64,000 nucleotides of DNA from Clostridia bacterium (GTDB lineage Bacteria; Bacillota; Clostridia; CAKSNL01; HGM11501). Below the pieces are notes generated by a model. It had not been told where the DNA came from, made no database searches, and saw only the letters and a program-made list of their open reading frames with translations. A program made the translations under genes and the position numbers. Positions 8,871 to 19,024 of this stretch are shown piece by piece. The DNA lies in assembly GCA_045545475.1 (NCBI GenBank), contig JAZQAZ010000018.1, forward strand, positions 1-64,000. The letters are read 5' to 3'. Within the stretch, counting starts at the first letter, position 1. The number at the start of each line of letters is the position of its first letter.

Positions 8871-8906
8871 AAAAAGGTCTGTTCTCCTTTGAGAACAGAC
8901 CTTTTT
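8871..8906 (+). terminator. Rho-independent terminator
   Basis: AAAAAGGTCTGTTCTC-cttt-GAGAACAGACCTTTTT. Confidence 0.88.
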
Positions 8907-8985
8907 GGTTAAGTTGCATATTTACTTTTTTGGCATAATATGGTATAATCCAAAAAAGATTAAATGACAGCGAGGAGAATGTCTG

Positions 8986-9747
8986 ATGAAAAATAAATTT
9001 GCAATATTTTTAGATATTGACGGAACAATTTTTGACGGAAAAGAAGTTAAAAAAGAGGATGTTGACACTATAAAGATGGCGAGAAAGGCCGGTCATCTCG
9101 TTTTCATAAATACAGGAAGAACTTGCTCCATAATTCAGGATGAGGTGAAAAAACTGGAACTTGATGGGATAATTGCAGGGTTGGGGACGCATCTGGTATA
9201 CAAGGGAGAAACCTTAAGAAGCGTTATTCTTCCAAAGGATGTGCTTGTCGAATTTACGGAATATGCACTTTCTGAAAACCTCAAAATTGAGTTTCAGGGA
9301 GAAAAAGAAAATTTATATTTAAATTGCGGCTCATGTCCTGAAAGAACGGTTAAAGAGTCCTCGGATATAACAGGAAAGTTTAAGAATGAAAGAATATCTA
9401 AGTTTATAATATGGGGAAGATTTTCCGAAAAAGATATAGCTTTTCTTTCAAAGAATTTTGATATATTTCAGTTTGATACTTACGGAGAAGTGGCTCCCAA
9501 GGGTTACAGCAAGGCACGCGGAATGAAGATCATTGAAGATTATTTACATATTTCCCATGAAAATACCATTGCAATAGGCGACAGTGCCAATGATACTGAT
9601 ATGCTAGAGTACGCCGAAACAGGCGTTGCAATGGGAAACGCGGAGGCCTCACTTAAACTTAAGGCAGACTATGTGACGGCGGCAATAAAAGATGCGGGCG
9701 TTTCCAAAGCGATTAAGAAATTTGTTCTTGATGGAGGCGAATGCTGA
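8986..9747 (+). CDS. Cof-type HAD-IIB hydrolase
   Basis: FLDIDGT, INTGR, SKARG, AIGDSANDTDML, VAMGNA. Confidence 0.93.
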   Translation: MKNKFAIFLDIDGTIFDGKEVKKEDVDTIKMARKAGHLVFINTGRTCSIIQDEVKKLELDGIIAGLGTHLVYKGETLRSVILPKDVLVEFTEYALSENLKIEFQGEKENLYLNCGSCPERTVKESSDITGKFKNERISKFIIWGRFSEKDIAFLSKNFDIFQFDTYGEVAPKGYSKARGMKIIEDYLHISHENTIAIGDSANDTDMLEYAETGVAMGNAEASLKLKADYVTAAIKDAGVSKAIKKFVLDGGEC

Positions 9748-10973
9748 TGACATCGACAGGCTTTCTCGGCAGAATCAAAAAAATGCTTTTGTGGATTTTA
9801 CTGTCAGCACTGACAGGTGCTGTTACGGGTTTTGTGGGTGCGGTTTTTCATCATTTTATCTCCGATGTTACAATGCTTCGTGAAAAAAATGATTGGCTGA
9901 TATTTTTTCTTCCGTTAGCGGCAGTGATAATAACATTTATATACAGCTTTTCAAAGGAAAGACTTACAACCGACACGGTTTTTTCAGGAATAAGAGAAAA
10001 GAGAGAAATTTCACCACTTTTGGTGCCTTTTATTTTTGTATCGTCAATTATTTCGCATCTTGTTGGTGCAAGTATGGGACGAGAAGGTGCGGCACTTCAG
10101 ATCGGCGGAGGTATCGGAAGCAGTATTGGCCATATGTTAAAAGTCGGGGAAGATGAACGGGGAAGACTTTTGGTTCTCGGAATGTGCGGTTCCTTTGCGG
10201 CAATATTTATGACTCCGGTTACAGCGGCAATTTTTGCAATTGAAGTGCTCACGGTTGGTCATATGCGCTATTACAGAATTTTTTACTGTATGATCTCATC
10301 CTTGACGGCCTATTCGATAAGTCTTGCCATGGGCAATGTGAAAACGGAGTTTCCGTTTGTTCCTGAAGTGAATTTCAGCTTTGAAATTATATTAAAATGT
10401 GCACTGTTGGCTTTTGCCGCAGGACTTATCGCACATCTTTTCTGCCATACTATTCATATAACGGAAAGGTATTCCGAAAAGATTATGAAAAATGGCTATG
10501 TCCGTGCAGCTGTGATTGGTCTTATAATCCTTGTTTTAACTCTTATACTCGGAACAAGAATGTATAACGGTGCAGGTATGGATGTGATAAATCTTTTACT
10601 TTGCGGAAACGATGCAGCGGTGCGTACAATTATTACGGGAACGGCTCTTTTTGCATTCTTTATTAAAATGGTGCTGACCGCTTTAAGTATATCGGCAGGA
10701 TTCAAGGGCGGAGAAATAGTTCCGTCGTTTTATATAGGAGCAACCTTTGGAGTTCTTTTCGGTATACTGGCAGGACTTAATTTGTCGTTTGCAGCCTCCA
10801 TAGGAATGATTGTTCTTTTCACGGGAATAACCAACTGCCCTGTGGCAACTTTGGTTCTTGCGACAGAGCTTTTTGGTAGCGGAAATATAATCTATTACGC
10901 TCTGGCCGTAGGCATCGGATTTATTGCTTCAGGTAAAAAAGGAATATATATGGAGCAGAAACTGGCATATTGA
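9741..10973 (+). CDS. ClC-family chloride/fluoride channel-transporter
   Basis: GASMGREGAALQIGG and GFKGGEIVPSF signatures, multiple TM helices. Confidence 0.9.
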   Translation: MLMTSTGFLGRIKKMLLWILLSALTGAVTGFVGAVFHHFISDVTMLREKNDWLIFFLPLAAVIITFIYSFSKERLTTDTVFSGIREKREISPLLVPFIFVSSIISHLVGASMGREGAALQIGGGIGSSIGHMLKVGEDERGRLLVLGMCGSFAAIFMTPVTAAIFAIEVLTVGHMRYYRIFYCMISSLTAYSISLAMGNVKTEFPFVPEVNFSFEIILKCALLAFAAGLIAHLFCHTIHITERYSEKIMKNGYVRAAVIGLIILVLTLILGTRMYNGAGMDVINLLLCGNDAAVRTIITGTALFAFFIKMVLTALSISAGFKGGEIVPSFYIGATFGVLFGILAGLNLSFAASIGMIVLFTGITNCPVATLVLATELFGSGNIIYYALAVGIGFIASGKKGIYMEQKLAY

Positions 10974-10983
10974 AAGGGAAAAA

Positions 10984-12171
10984 ATGAAAAAATATAATCT
11001 TACACTTTTTGCAAGTTATATAGGATATGTGATACAGGCATTGGTGATAAATTTCGCCCCACTTCTGTTTGTCACATTTTCAGAGGAATATAGTCTGACT
11101 TTAAGTGAAATAAGCACTTTGGTTGTGGTAAATTTTGCATCTCAGCTTACAATGGATTTTCTGTCATCCTGGTATGTGGATAAGCTGGGATACAGGAAAA
11201 CAGCCTTTGCGGCACACGTTTCTGCAACGCTTGGAATCGGAGCGTTGGCCTTTTTACCTGAAATAATGCCCACGCCTTTTTCAGGACTTTTAGTTTGCAT
11301 GGTGCTTTGCGGAATCGGTGGCGGAGTGATAGAAGTGATTATAAGTCCCATAGTTGAGGCACTTCCCACAAAGTCAAAGTCGGCATCGATGAGCTTGCTT
11401 CATTCCTTTTACAGTTGGGGACAGCTCCTTACGGTGCTTTTGTCAACGGTGTTTTTTGTTGAAGTGGGAATTAATTCATGGAAAATTCTTGCACTTATCT
11501 GGGCACTGGTGCCACTTGTGAACGGAATTCTTTTTGCCTTTGTTCCGATAGTTCCTCTGATAAAAGAGGGAGAAAAGGGACTTACGGTAAAAGAGATTCT
11601 AAATGTGAAAGTATTTTATATATTTGCATTTGCAATGTTGGCTGGAGGTGCCGCAGAGCAGGCAATTATACAGTGGGCATCTGCATATGCAGAAAGCGGA
11701 CTTAAAATATCAAAAACTGCGGGGGATCTTTTGGGCCCTTGCGTATTTGCATTGTTAATGGGACTTGCGAGAGTTTTTTATTCTATGTTCCACGAAAAAA
11801 TAAAGTTGCTTAATTTCATGATGGGAAGCTCTGTATTACTTTTAATAGCTTTTCTTATGACATCACTTTGTCAAAACCCCGTGTTGTCTTTGGCGGGATG
11901 TGCCATTTCGGGATTGGCTGTAGGTATCGCATGGCCGGGAATGCTCAGCTTAACATCAAGATACATCAAAAACGGCGGAACGGCAATGTTTGCAATCCTT
12001 GCTTTTTTCGGAGATGTGGGATGTATAATCGGCCCTGGAGTGACAGGATGGATTTCGGATATGGCAGGGGGCAATATGAGAAGCGGATTTTTGGTTTCAA
12101 CCATTTATCCGATGGTGATGATAGTTATGCTTAGTGTCATTTTTCATTTGAAAAGGAAGAAAAGAATATGA
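10984..12171 (+). CDS. MFS transporter (fucose-permease-like)
   Basis: About 12 hydrophobic helices, VDKLGYR loop, MSLLHSFYSWG. Confidence 0.87.
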   Translation: MKKYNLTLFASYIGYVIQALVINFAPLLFVTFSEEYSLTLSEISTLVVVNFASQLTMDFLSSWYVDKLGYRKTAFAAHVSATLGIGALAFLPEIMPTPFSGLLVCMVLCGIGGGVIEVIISPIVEALPTKSKSASMSLLHSFYSWGQLLTVLLSTVFFVEVGINSWKILALIWALVPLVNGILFAFVPIVPLIKEGEKGLTVKEILNVKVFYIFAFAMLAGGAAEQAIIQWASAYAESGLKISKTAGDLLGPCVFALLMGLARVFYSMFHEKIKLLNFMMGSSVLLLIAFLMTSLCQNPVLSLAGCAISGLAVGIAWPGMLSLTSRYIKNGGTAMFAILAFFGDVGCIIGPGVTGWISDMAGGNMRSGFLVSTIYPMVMIVMLSVIFHLKRKKRI

Positions 12172-13043
12172 AAAAGAAGAAATCGTTTATAATATTAATA
12201 GTTGTACTTGTGCTGCTTTTTGCTAAAATGCTTTCCGGGGATGAGTCTGTTTTTCCCGAAAGAAAAGATGGAAAGCTTTATGTTTACGCAATTGATGTGG
12301 GGCAGGCTGACTCTACACTTATTTTGTTTCCGGACGGAGAAAATATGCTGATTGATGCCGGGAACAGAGAGGATACAAATCTGGTAACGGAATTTATTAA
12401 AAATGCAGGTATTGAAAGGCTTGACTATGTAGTTGCAACTCACCCTCATGAGGACCATATTGGCGGAATGTGCGGTGTAATAGAAAGTTTTGAAATCGGC
12501 AAATTGTATATGCCCGACGCAATAAATACAACTATATACTATGAAGATATGCTTGACTCCATTGAAAAGAAAAACGTGTATCTCGAAATAGCCGAGGAAG
12601 GTGTTGTTATTAAAGATGATGCCTGCAGAGTGGAATTTGTCTCTCCTAAGGATAAAAAATATGACGATTTAAATCATGTGAGTGTTGTTACAAAAATTTC
12701 ATACAACGAAACATCGTTTCTTTTCATGGGAGATGCGGAAAAAATAAATGAATATGATATGATTGAAAGCTATGGAGATGCACTTCAAAGTGATGTGCTG
12801 AAAATAGGGCATCATGGCTCTGATACATCAAGCTCCTATGAATTTCTGGAAACGGTAAACCCTGAAATTGCCTTTATATCTCTGGGAAAGGATAACGATT
12901 ACGGTCATCCCCACAGGGAGGTTAAAGAACGACTGAGCAAACTCGAAATCCCTTATTACAGAACGGATGAAGTCGGTACGATCCTGTTTATAAGCGATGG
13001 TAAAGAAATTAATGTTATAACCGAAAAGGAAGAAGTGGAATAA
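12168..13043 (+). CDS. ComEC/Rec2-like MBL-fold hydrolase with N-terminal anchor
   Basis: IDVGQAD, THPHEDHIGG, FMGDAE, LKIGHHGS, NDYGHPH, YRTD. Confidence 0.9.
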   Translation: MKKKKSFIILIVVLVLLFAKMLSGDESVFPERKDGKLYVYAIDVGQADSTLILFPDGENMLIDAGNREDTNLVTEFIKNAGIERLDYVVATHPHEDHIGGMCGVIESFEIGKLYMPDAINTTIYYEDMLDSIEKKNVYLEIAEEGVVIKDDACRVEFVSPKDKKYDDLNHVSVVTKISYNETSFLFMGDAEKINEYDMIESYGDALQSDVLKIGHHGSDTSSSYEFLETVNPEIAFISLGKDNDYGHPHREVKERLSKLEIPYYRTDEVGTILFISDGKEINVITEKEEVE

Positions 13044-13247
13044 ATGAAGGTTACTGTAGACAGAAAAGAAGGAGATTTACTGGTTCTTTCTTTGCCTGAC
13101 GGTGAATGCATAAATGTAAGTGACAAGCTTTGCCAAGAAGCAAAGGAAGGGGACGTTATAAATATTGAAATTTTGACTGAGGAAACCGAAGATAGAAAAA
13201 ATTCTCTCAAAGAAAAACTAGAAATGCTCAAAAAACGCAATATCTGA
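13044..13247 (+). CDS. DUF3006-like small protein
   Basis: MKVTVDRKEG..AKEGDVI..ETEDRK pattern; usual neighbour of the ComEC-like MBL gene. Confidence 0.75.
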   Translation: MKVTVDRKEGDLLVLSLPDGECINVSDKLCQEAKEGDVINIEILTEETEDRKNSLKEKLEMLKKRNI

Positions 13248-13259
13248 CAAAGATATTGC

Positions 13260-13288
13260 TTGACAAGTATACTGAGATGTGATAATAT
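13260..13288 (+). promoter_or_regulatory. SigA-type promoter TTGACA-17-TAATAT
   Basis: TTGACA 13260-13265, TG, TAATAT 13283-13288. Confidence 0.65.
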
Positions 13289-13331
13289 GGTATTGGATAC
13301 TAGATGATGCATAACGAAAGGGAGAATATAC

Positions 13332-14003
13332 ATGGCATTTGTGAAAAGCTTTAACAATCAGTCTTTAGGGGAAGAGGTTGCCAATGCGGTTTCCCATGGT
13401 ATAGGTGCACTGTTGTCAATTGCGGGTACTGCTGTTTTAATTGTTATGGCGGTACTTAGAAGCAGTGCAATAGGAGTGGTGAGTGCTTCGCTTTACGGTG
13501 CAAGTCTTATTATAATGTACTGTTTTTCAACGCTTTATCATTCGGCAACAAACTTCAGGGTTAAAAAGATTTTTCAAATTTTCGACCACTGCTCCATATA
13601 TCTTCTGATTGTCGGAACGTATATTCCCATAAGCCTCGTTATGCTGGGTAAGCTTCAGGGAATGCCGGCACTTGGCTGGACAATTTTCGGAATAAATTGC
13701 ACCTGTATGCTGATTGGAATAATATTAAATGCCATAAATCTTGAAAAATATAAAAAAGTAACTTTGGCCCTTGACATTATAATGGGATGGCTAATTATCT
13801 TCAGCATCCGCTATGTGTGGAATCAGGTGGGTCTTGACGGAATGGTTTATATGGTTACAGGTGGTCTTGCATATACAATAGGAATTCTTTTTTATAAAAT
13901 GAAAAAAACGAAATATATGCATTTTGTATGGCATCTTTTCGTTTTGCTTGGAAGTATAATGCACTACTTTTTCGTGCTGTTTTACTGTTATCCTGAAATG
14001 TAA
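13332..14003 (+). CDS. Hemolysin III / PAQR family membrane protein
   Basis: EEVANAVSHG, STLYH, FDHCSIYLLIVGTY, HFVWHLFVLLG. Confidence 0.93.
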   Translation: MAFVKSFNNQSLGEEVANAVSHGIGALLSIAGTAVLIVMAVLRSSAIGVVSASLYGASLIIMYCFSTLYHSATNFRVKKIFQIFDHCSIYLLIVGTYIPISLVMLGKLQGMPALGWTIFGINCTCMLIGIILNAINLEKYKKVTLALDIIMGWLIIFSIRYVWNQVGLDGMVYMVTGGLAYTIGILFYKMKKTKYMHFVWHLFVLLGSIMHYFFVLFYCYPEM

Positions 14004-14043
14004 AACAGAAAGACTGATGCATTGCATCAGTCTTTCTGTTTTA
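14001..14043. terminator. Bidirectional terminator between convergent genes
   Basis: Perfect 20-bp arms TAAAACAGAAAGACTGATGC-att-GCATCAGTCTTTCTGTTTTA, containing both stop codons. Confidence 0.88.
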
Positions 14044-15291
14044 TCCTATAAAAGCACCTGCGGCGATGAGTTTTTCCTGTATCAGGGAAACGTCTGCATC
14101 GATGGTGTTGCAATTTTTCTCCTTACATACGGAAACTGCGATACCTGCTGCCTGGCCGAGCGTTGCACAAACAGGCATGATTCTGTAGGATGCCTGTGCT
14201 TCAAAAGTGGAAGATATACATCTTCCTGCCACAAGCAGATTTTTGATTTCCTTCGGAATCAAAGAACGGTAAGGAATGGTGTAATATTCACCCGGGCCGA
14301 AGAAATAGTGGCTTGTTCCGCTTCCGTCAGGCGAATGAACGTCAATTTCGTAGTTACTTGCAGCAATTCTGTCAGGGAATTTTCTGAGAGACTTCAAATC
14401 TTCGGTATTTAAGATATATTCGCCCTGAATCTGTCTGCTCTGGCGTACGCCAATTTCAGGAGCAGTGGAAAGGAGTGTTGCGTTTTCGCATCCTCTGGCA
14501 TTCTCTTTCAGGAACTTAAACATTTCATAAACCTGAAGTCTTGCTTCTCTTTCTGCTTCCGATACATCAAATGCATCAACGGGACATTTTTTTATGACTC
14601 TTGTGGTATTGAAGTGAACAACACCGTCGGATTCATAGGGAAAGAGCAGAATATCCTCTCTGGGATTACGCATCTTACCTTCAGCCAAAAGTTTTTTATA
14701 AAGCTCGTTTGCTTCTTTCTGAGCATCCAGGTTAAATTTTTCTTTATCGATTCCGGCAAGACGGAAACAAAGAGTCATGGGCTGACACTGATGGTCGGTT
14801 TCTCTGCCGATGTTGTAAGCACAGCCGCTTAAAACCGAAAGGTCAGCATCTCCTGTAGCGTCTATAAAATAGGATGCCTCCAATGTTAAAGGACCGCCTT
14901 TAGTGGAAACTGTAACGCTTTTGATTTTTCCGTCCTTTGTTTCGGCGGAAGAAAGATAGGCGTGGAACAGCACCTTTACGCCGGCTTTTTCACACATATC
15001 GTCAAATACAAGCTTTAATATTTCTTCGCTGAAGGTAACACGGTTTTTGGCAAGACCGCCCATATTATCAAGGTTATCTAAAATTTCGGCAAATATACCG
15101 TCGGAAATTTTTCTTACTTCGTCTCCCAGCTTTAATTTGTAGGGCATGAAGGGATTAACATAAGCGTTACATGCCGCACCGCCAAGTGAACCGCCTTTTT
15201 CTATAAGAAGAACCGAAAGACCGCATCTCGATGCACTTATTGCAGCAGAAACACCTGCAAATCCGCCGCCGGCTACTATTAAATCATACAT
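14041..15291 (-). CDS. FAD-dependent oxidoreductase
   Basis: YDLIVAGGGFAG Rossmann motif, FIDATGDADL, IPYRSLIP, LLVAGRCIS. Confidence 0.9.
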   Translation of the reverse strand: MYDLIVAGGGFAGVSAAISASRCGLSVLLIEKGGSLGGAACNAYVNPFMPYKLKLGDEVRKISDGIFAEILDNLDNMGGLAKNRVTFSEEILKLVFDDMCEKAGVKVLFHAYLSSAETKDGKIKSVTVSTKGGPLTLEASYFIDATGDADLSVLSGCAYNIGRETDHQCQPMTLCFRLAGIDKEKFNLDAQKEANELYKKLLAEGKMRNPREDILLFPYESDGVVHFNTTRVIKKCPVDAFDVSEAEREARLQVYEMFKFLKENARGCENATLLSTAPEIGVRQSRQIQGEYILNTEDLKSLRKFPDRIAASNYEIDVHSPDGSGTSHYFFGPGEYYTIPYRSLIPKEIKNLLVAGRCISSTFEAQASYRIMPVCATLGQAAGIAVSVCKEKNCNTIDADVSLIQEKLIAAGAFIG

Positions 15292-15363
15292 AATAACACC
15301 CCTATATTTAATTAAATTAAATATAGCAAAAAAAGGGGAAAAAGTCAATGCGGAAATGCAGAA

Positions 15364-17193
15364 TTATAAGGAAAATCTGACGTTATAATAGTCGTACCAA
15401 TAGTCAAACTGTATAAGCCAGGCGATAAGCTGAGGTTTTCCCATTAGCTGTCCGAACCAGGTAATGTTTTCTTCCAGCATCAATTCTTTGAGCATATTAT
15501 CACTAAGTACTTCCGTCAGAATTCCGCCTTTTTTGAGGCGATAACGGAGCATGGAGGTTACAATTTTTTCATAAAGCGGATTGTGAGTTTTGGGATAAGG
15601 ACTCTTTTTGCGTTCGTAAATTTCCAAGGGGAGATAATCTTTCATGGCGTTTCGGAGTAAGGCTTTTTCCACATTGTTTTCGAATTTTATTTTCCACGGG
15701 ACGTTATATACATATTGAAGTATTCTGTGATCGGCGAAAGGTACCCTTACTTCAAGGCCACTGGCCATGCTCATTCTGTCTTTACGCTCTAAAAGTGATG
15801 TCATGAAATATCCTGTGCTTAAAACAGTGGCGATTCGTGCGGTTTTATCATCTTCTGAATCAGAATCAAGCATGGGAACATTGCATACGGAATTTTTATA
15901 TACATCTTTCATGAAAGTGAATCCGTCGTCCTTTTGAGAGAATGAGTCTTTGAAAAGATTTATCCTTGCAAAAGGAGAGTGAATCCAGGGGAAAAAGTCT
16001 GATTCCAGCATCTCTTTTCTGTAAAACCAGGGATATCCACCGAAAATTTCATCGCTACACTCACCGCTGAGAGCAACGGTATGTTTCTTCTTTACCTGGC
16101 GGCAAAAATAGTACAAGGATGAATCAATATCAGCTTGACCGGGAATGTCTCTTGCTACTGTGGCATTTAACAGGGAAGATGCCACAAGGCCGGTGGGAGC
16201 GGTCAAAACAGTGTGGTCTGTTCCTAAAAATTCTGCCATAAATATGGCGTATTCATCATCCGACTGCGGTTGAAACAGGCTTTTTTCAAAGTTCTCCTTG
16301 TTGTCCTCGTATTCAAAGGAATACGTTGAAAGCTTTTCTGAATTTACGGCATATTCTTTTGCCGCAACTGCACTTATGACAGAGGAATCCAAACCTCCAG
16401 ATAAAAAGGTGGAAAGCGGGACATCGCTTTTCAACTGTCTTTTTATGGCATCCTCCAAAAGATAACGTGTATGGGCAATTGCTTCATCACGACTTTCTGT
16501 AAAAGGTTCGGCAGTGAGATGCCAGTAGGGTTTTATTTTAAGCCCGTTTTCGGAAAAACTGCCAAAGTGAGCAGGCATAAGCTCTTTTATGTCCCTGAAA
16601 ATTCCGCTTCCGGATATTTTGCAGGGAGAAAGAAATAAAAGTTGCCACAGTCCTTCTCTGTCTACTACAGGGGATAAAGAAGGATTACTGAGCAGACCCT
16701 TTATTTCCGATGCAAATAAGAAAGAAGAACCTGCCATGGCATAAAAAAACGGTTTTATGCCGAATCGGTCTCTTGCAAAAAACAGTTTACGTTCTTTTTC
16801 GTCTGTTACGGCAAAGGCGAAAATACCATTAAGATATTTGGGAGCGTCTTCTCCGTATACTATGTAGGCTGTAAGTACCACTTCGGTGTCACAATTTGTG
16901 GCAAATGTATGGCCCAGTCTTTCAAATTTATTCTTAAGTTCGTCGGCATTATAAATTTCTCCGTTATAAACTATTTTGTAAGTATTGCCCATGAAGGTTT
17001 TTACCATAGGCTGGTGTCCGTTTTCCACATCGATAACTGCGAGGCGGTTATGATGCAACATGGAAAAAGAGCTTTCTTCCACGCCGGAGTCGTCAGGGCC
17101 CCTCATTTTCATGGCGTTTCCCATTTTTAATACCGTATCTTTTCTGAGATTATCAGGATTATGAAAATCTGCAATTCCTGCAATTGAACACAT
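15364..17193 (-). CDS. asnB: Asparagine synthase (glutamine-hydrolysing)
   Basis: N-terminal Cys (MCSIAG), RGPD, YNGEIYN, RDRFGIKP, LSGGLDSS, KDRMSMASGLEVRVPF. Confidence 0.93.
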   Translation of the reverse strand: MCSIAGIADFHNPDNLRKDTVLKMGNAMKMRGPDDSGVEESSFSMLHHNRLAVIDVENGHQPMVKTFMGNTYKIVYNGEIYNADELKNKFERLGHTFATNCDTEVVLTAYIVYGEDAPKYLNGIFAFAVTDEKERKLFFARDRFGIKPFFYAMAGSSFLFASEIKGLLSNPSLSPVVDREGLWQLLFLSPCKISGSGIFRDIKELMPAHFGSFSENGLKIKPYWHLTAEPFTESRDEAIAHTRYLLEDAIKRQLKSDVPLSTFLSGGLDSSVISAVAAKEYAVNSEKLSTYSFEYEDNKENFEKSLFQPQSDDEYAIFMAEFLGTDHTVLTAPTGLVASSLLNATVARDIPGQADIDSSLYYFCRQVKKKHTVALSGECSDEIFGGYPWFYRKEMLESDFFPWIHSPFARINLFKDSFSQKDDGFTFMKDVYKNSVCNVPMLDSDSEDDKTARIATVLSTGYFMTSLLERKDRMSMASGLEVRVPFADHRILQYVYNVPWKIKFENNVEKALLRNAMKDYLPLEIYERKKSPYPKTHNPLYEKIVTSMLRYRLKKGGILTEVLSDNMLKELMLEENITWFGQLMGKPQLIAWLIQFDYWYDYYNVRFSL

Positions 17194-17249
17194 AATAAAT
17201 CCTCCTTTAAGTTAAGTTTATGCAAATGAGCGTAAAAATGTTAAAACCC

Positions 17250-17278
17250 TTGACTTTAGCTGATTAAAGTGCTAATAT
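17250..17278 (+). promoter_or_regulatory. SigA-type promoter TTGACT-17-TAATAT
   Basis: Direct motif match with extended TG. Confidence 0.6.
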
Positions 17279-17309
17279 TAATGGCGACAGATGAGAGAGG
17301 ATGAATTAA

Positions 17310-18569
17310 ATGAAAAAAATATTTTATTTATTTTTGGCGGTTTTGGTGCTTTTTGGGAGCATAACCGTTTTAGCAGAAGAAAGCGGTTTGGCTGTTGAAA
17401 ATCTTCAGGCAGAAGAAAAGGGAGTAGAAAAAGTTGCTCCTTTGGTTTATGAAACCCAAAATGAATTAACTTTTCACGCAGAAATTATAAGCGAAAAAAA
17501 CGAAGAAAGACATTTTGCTTTTCTTCTTTATGCCTGCGACGGACAAACTGTTCTGGGAAGAAGATATGTAAATACTGCCTCGTGGGAAACCAGCTTTAAT
17601 ATGGTGTTCTCCGTTCCGGAATATAATATCGGAGAAAAATTTATTGTTAAGCTTTTTTCCGATAATGCCGATTTGGTCTATAACGGCATCACAGGAAATG
17701 AGACTGTGATTGAAACATATGTATACTCAAACGAAGCAGGAGAAGTTGTTTATCAGACGGCCTTTTTCGGAGAGATAATTCCGAAGGAAACAAAGCCTGT
17801 TAAATTAAAGGTTGAGGACAATATAATAAATGCAGATGTAAGAATTTTCGGAAACGAAATATATGTCAGCGAAGATATGGCAGAAGAACTTAATATTCTT
17901 TTGACAAAAAACGAAGATTCGTGGACAATGAAGTCGCAGACGGAAGACTTTTTCATGAATTTCTATAAAGACAACATTTACGCTACTAAAAACTATGAAG
18001 GCTACAACCTTAATTATCCTGTGTTTGAGGATGGCGGAAAGGCATATTTCCCGCTTTACGATATAGCGGTATATTTTGCTTGCTCCTATGAAGAGGAAAC
18101 CGGCGAAGAAAGAATTGTTTCCATGAAAAAATCCTATTATAGTATAGGTCCTGAAAAGGAAAAGTTTGTAAATAACAGTCTTGTGGACAGTAAAACAGAA
18201 TATCTGATATGGATTTCAAAAAGTACATATACGGTAAATGTATTTACCGGTGAAAAGGGAAACTGGCATTTAATAAAGGAATATCCTTGTGCACTCGGAG
18301 CGAAAAACAGCCCTACCATCGAAGGACAGTTTGAGTATATAGAACGTCTTAACAGATGGTCATATGCCTATTATTACTGCGGACCTGTTATGAGGTTCCA
18401 TAACGGTTATGCACTTCATTCAACGCTTATACGATATGACGGAACGGCTTATGACGACAGAGTAGGGGTTAATATTTCTCATGGATGTATAAGGCTTCAT
18501 CCTGCAGATATAGAGGAACTTATAGAGTTTATTCCCTTTAAGACAAGAATTTATATAACAGCTGAATAA
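17310..18569 (+). CDS. Secreted L,D-transpeptidase (C-terminal YkuD domain) with copper-amine-oxidase-N-like domain
   Basis: Signal peptide; PTIEGQF, YALHST..SHGCIRL catalytic motif. Confidence 0.85.
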   Translation: MKKIFYLFLAVLVLFGSITVLAEESGLAVENLQAEEKGVEKVAPLVYETQNELTFHAEIISEKNEERHFAFLLYACDGQTVLGRRYVNTASWETSFNMVFSVPEYNIGEKFIVKLFSDNADLVYNGITGNETVIETYVYSNEAGEVVYQTAFFGEIIPKETKPVKLKVEDNIINADVRIFGNEIYVSEDMAEELNILLTKNEDSWTMKSQTEDFFMNFYKDNIYATKNYEGYNLNYPVFEDGGKAYFPLYDIAVYFACSYEEETGEERIVSMKKSYYSIGPEKEKFVNNSLVDSKTEYLIWISKSTYTVNVFTGEKGNWHLIKEYPCALGAKNSPTIEGQFEYIERLNRWSYAYYYCGPVMRFHNGYALHSTLIRYDGTAYDDRVGVNISHGCIRLHPADIEELIEFIPFKTRIYITAE

Positions 18570-18606
18570 TAAAAAAGTTGCGGAAAAAGTTTCCGCAACT
18601 TTTTTA
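18570..18606 (+). terminator. Rho-independent terminator
   Basis: TAAAAAAGTTGCGGAAA-aag-TTTCCGCAACTTTTTTA. Confidence 0.88.
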
Positions 18607-18626
18607 CTGTTTTTTTCAAAAAATGC

Positions 18627-18679
18627 TTGACAAACAAAAGACTATCTGTTATACTCTGTAAAGTAAAAATGCTTTACAG
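18627..18679 (+). promoter_or_regulatory. ylxM-ffh promoter TTGACA-17-TATACT followed by palindrome CTGTAAAG..CTTTACAG
   Basis: TTGACA 18627-18632, TG-t-TATACT 18650-18655; palindrome arms 18656-18663 and 18672-18679. Confidence 0.75.
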
Positions 18680-18697
18680 GTAAAAAGGGTGGGAAAA

Positions 18698-19021
18698 ATG
18701 GAGAAAAAGGTGGAAGTTTCACTGCTTCTTGATTTCTATAAAGGCCTTCTTACCGAAAGGCAATCAGAAATGATGGAGCTTTACTACAACGAGGATTTGT
18801 CACTTTCCGAAATTGCGGAAAATACCGGCATTACAAGGCAGGGAGTAAGAGACGCTCTGGTAAAGGCGGAAAAAGTGTTGCTTGATGCCGAAGATAAGCT
18901 GGGCTTATGCGACAGAATAAGAAAACTTGAAGCAAGGCTTAAGACGATACATATCCTTGTTAAGAAATGGGATTCTATGGATGCACAGGTTGTATCAGAC
19001 TTGTCGGAAATCGGAGAATAA
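18698..19021 (+). CDS. ylxM: YlxM family HTH protein (SRP-associated)
   Basis: LLDFYKGLLTERQ..YYNEDLSLSEIAE..ITRQGV; directly upstream of ffh. Confidence 0.93.
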   Translation: MEKKVEVSLLLDFYKGLLTERQSEMMELYYNEDLSLSEIAENTGITRQGVRDALVKAEKVLLDAEDKLGLCDRIRKLEARLKTIHILVKKWDSMDAQVVSDLSEIGE

Positions 19022-19024
19022 AAA

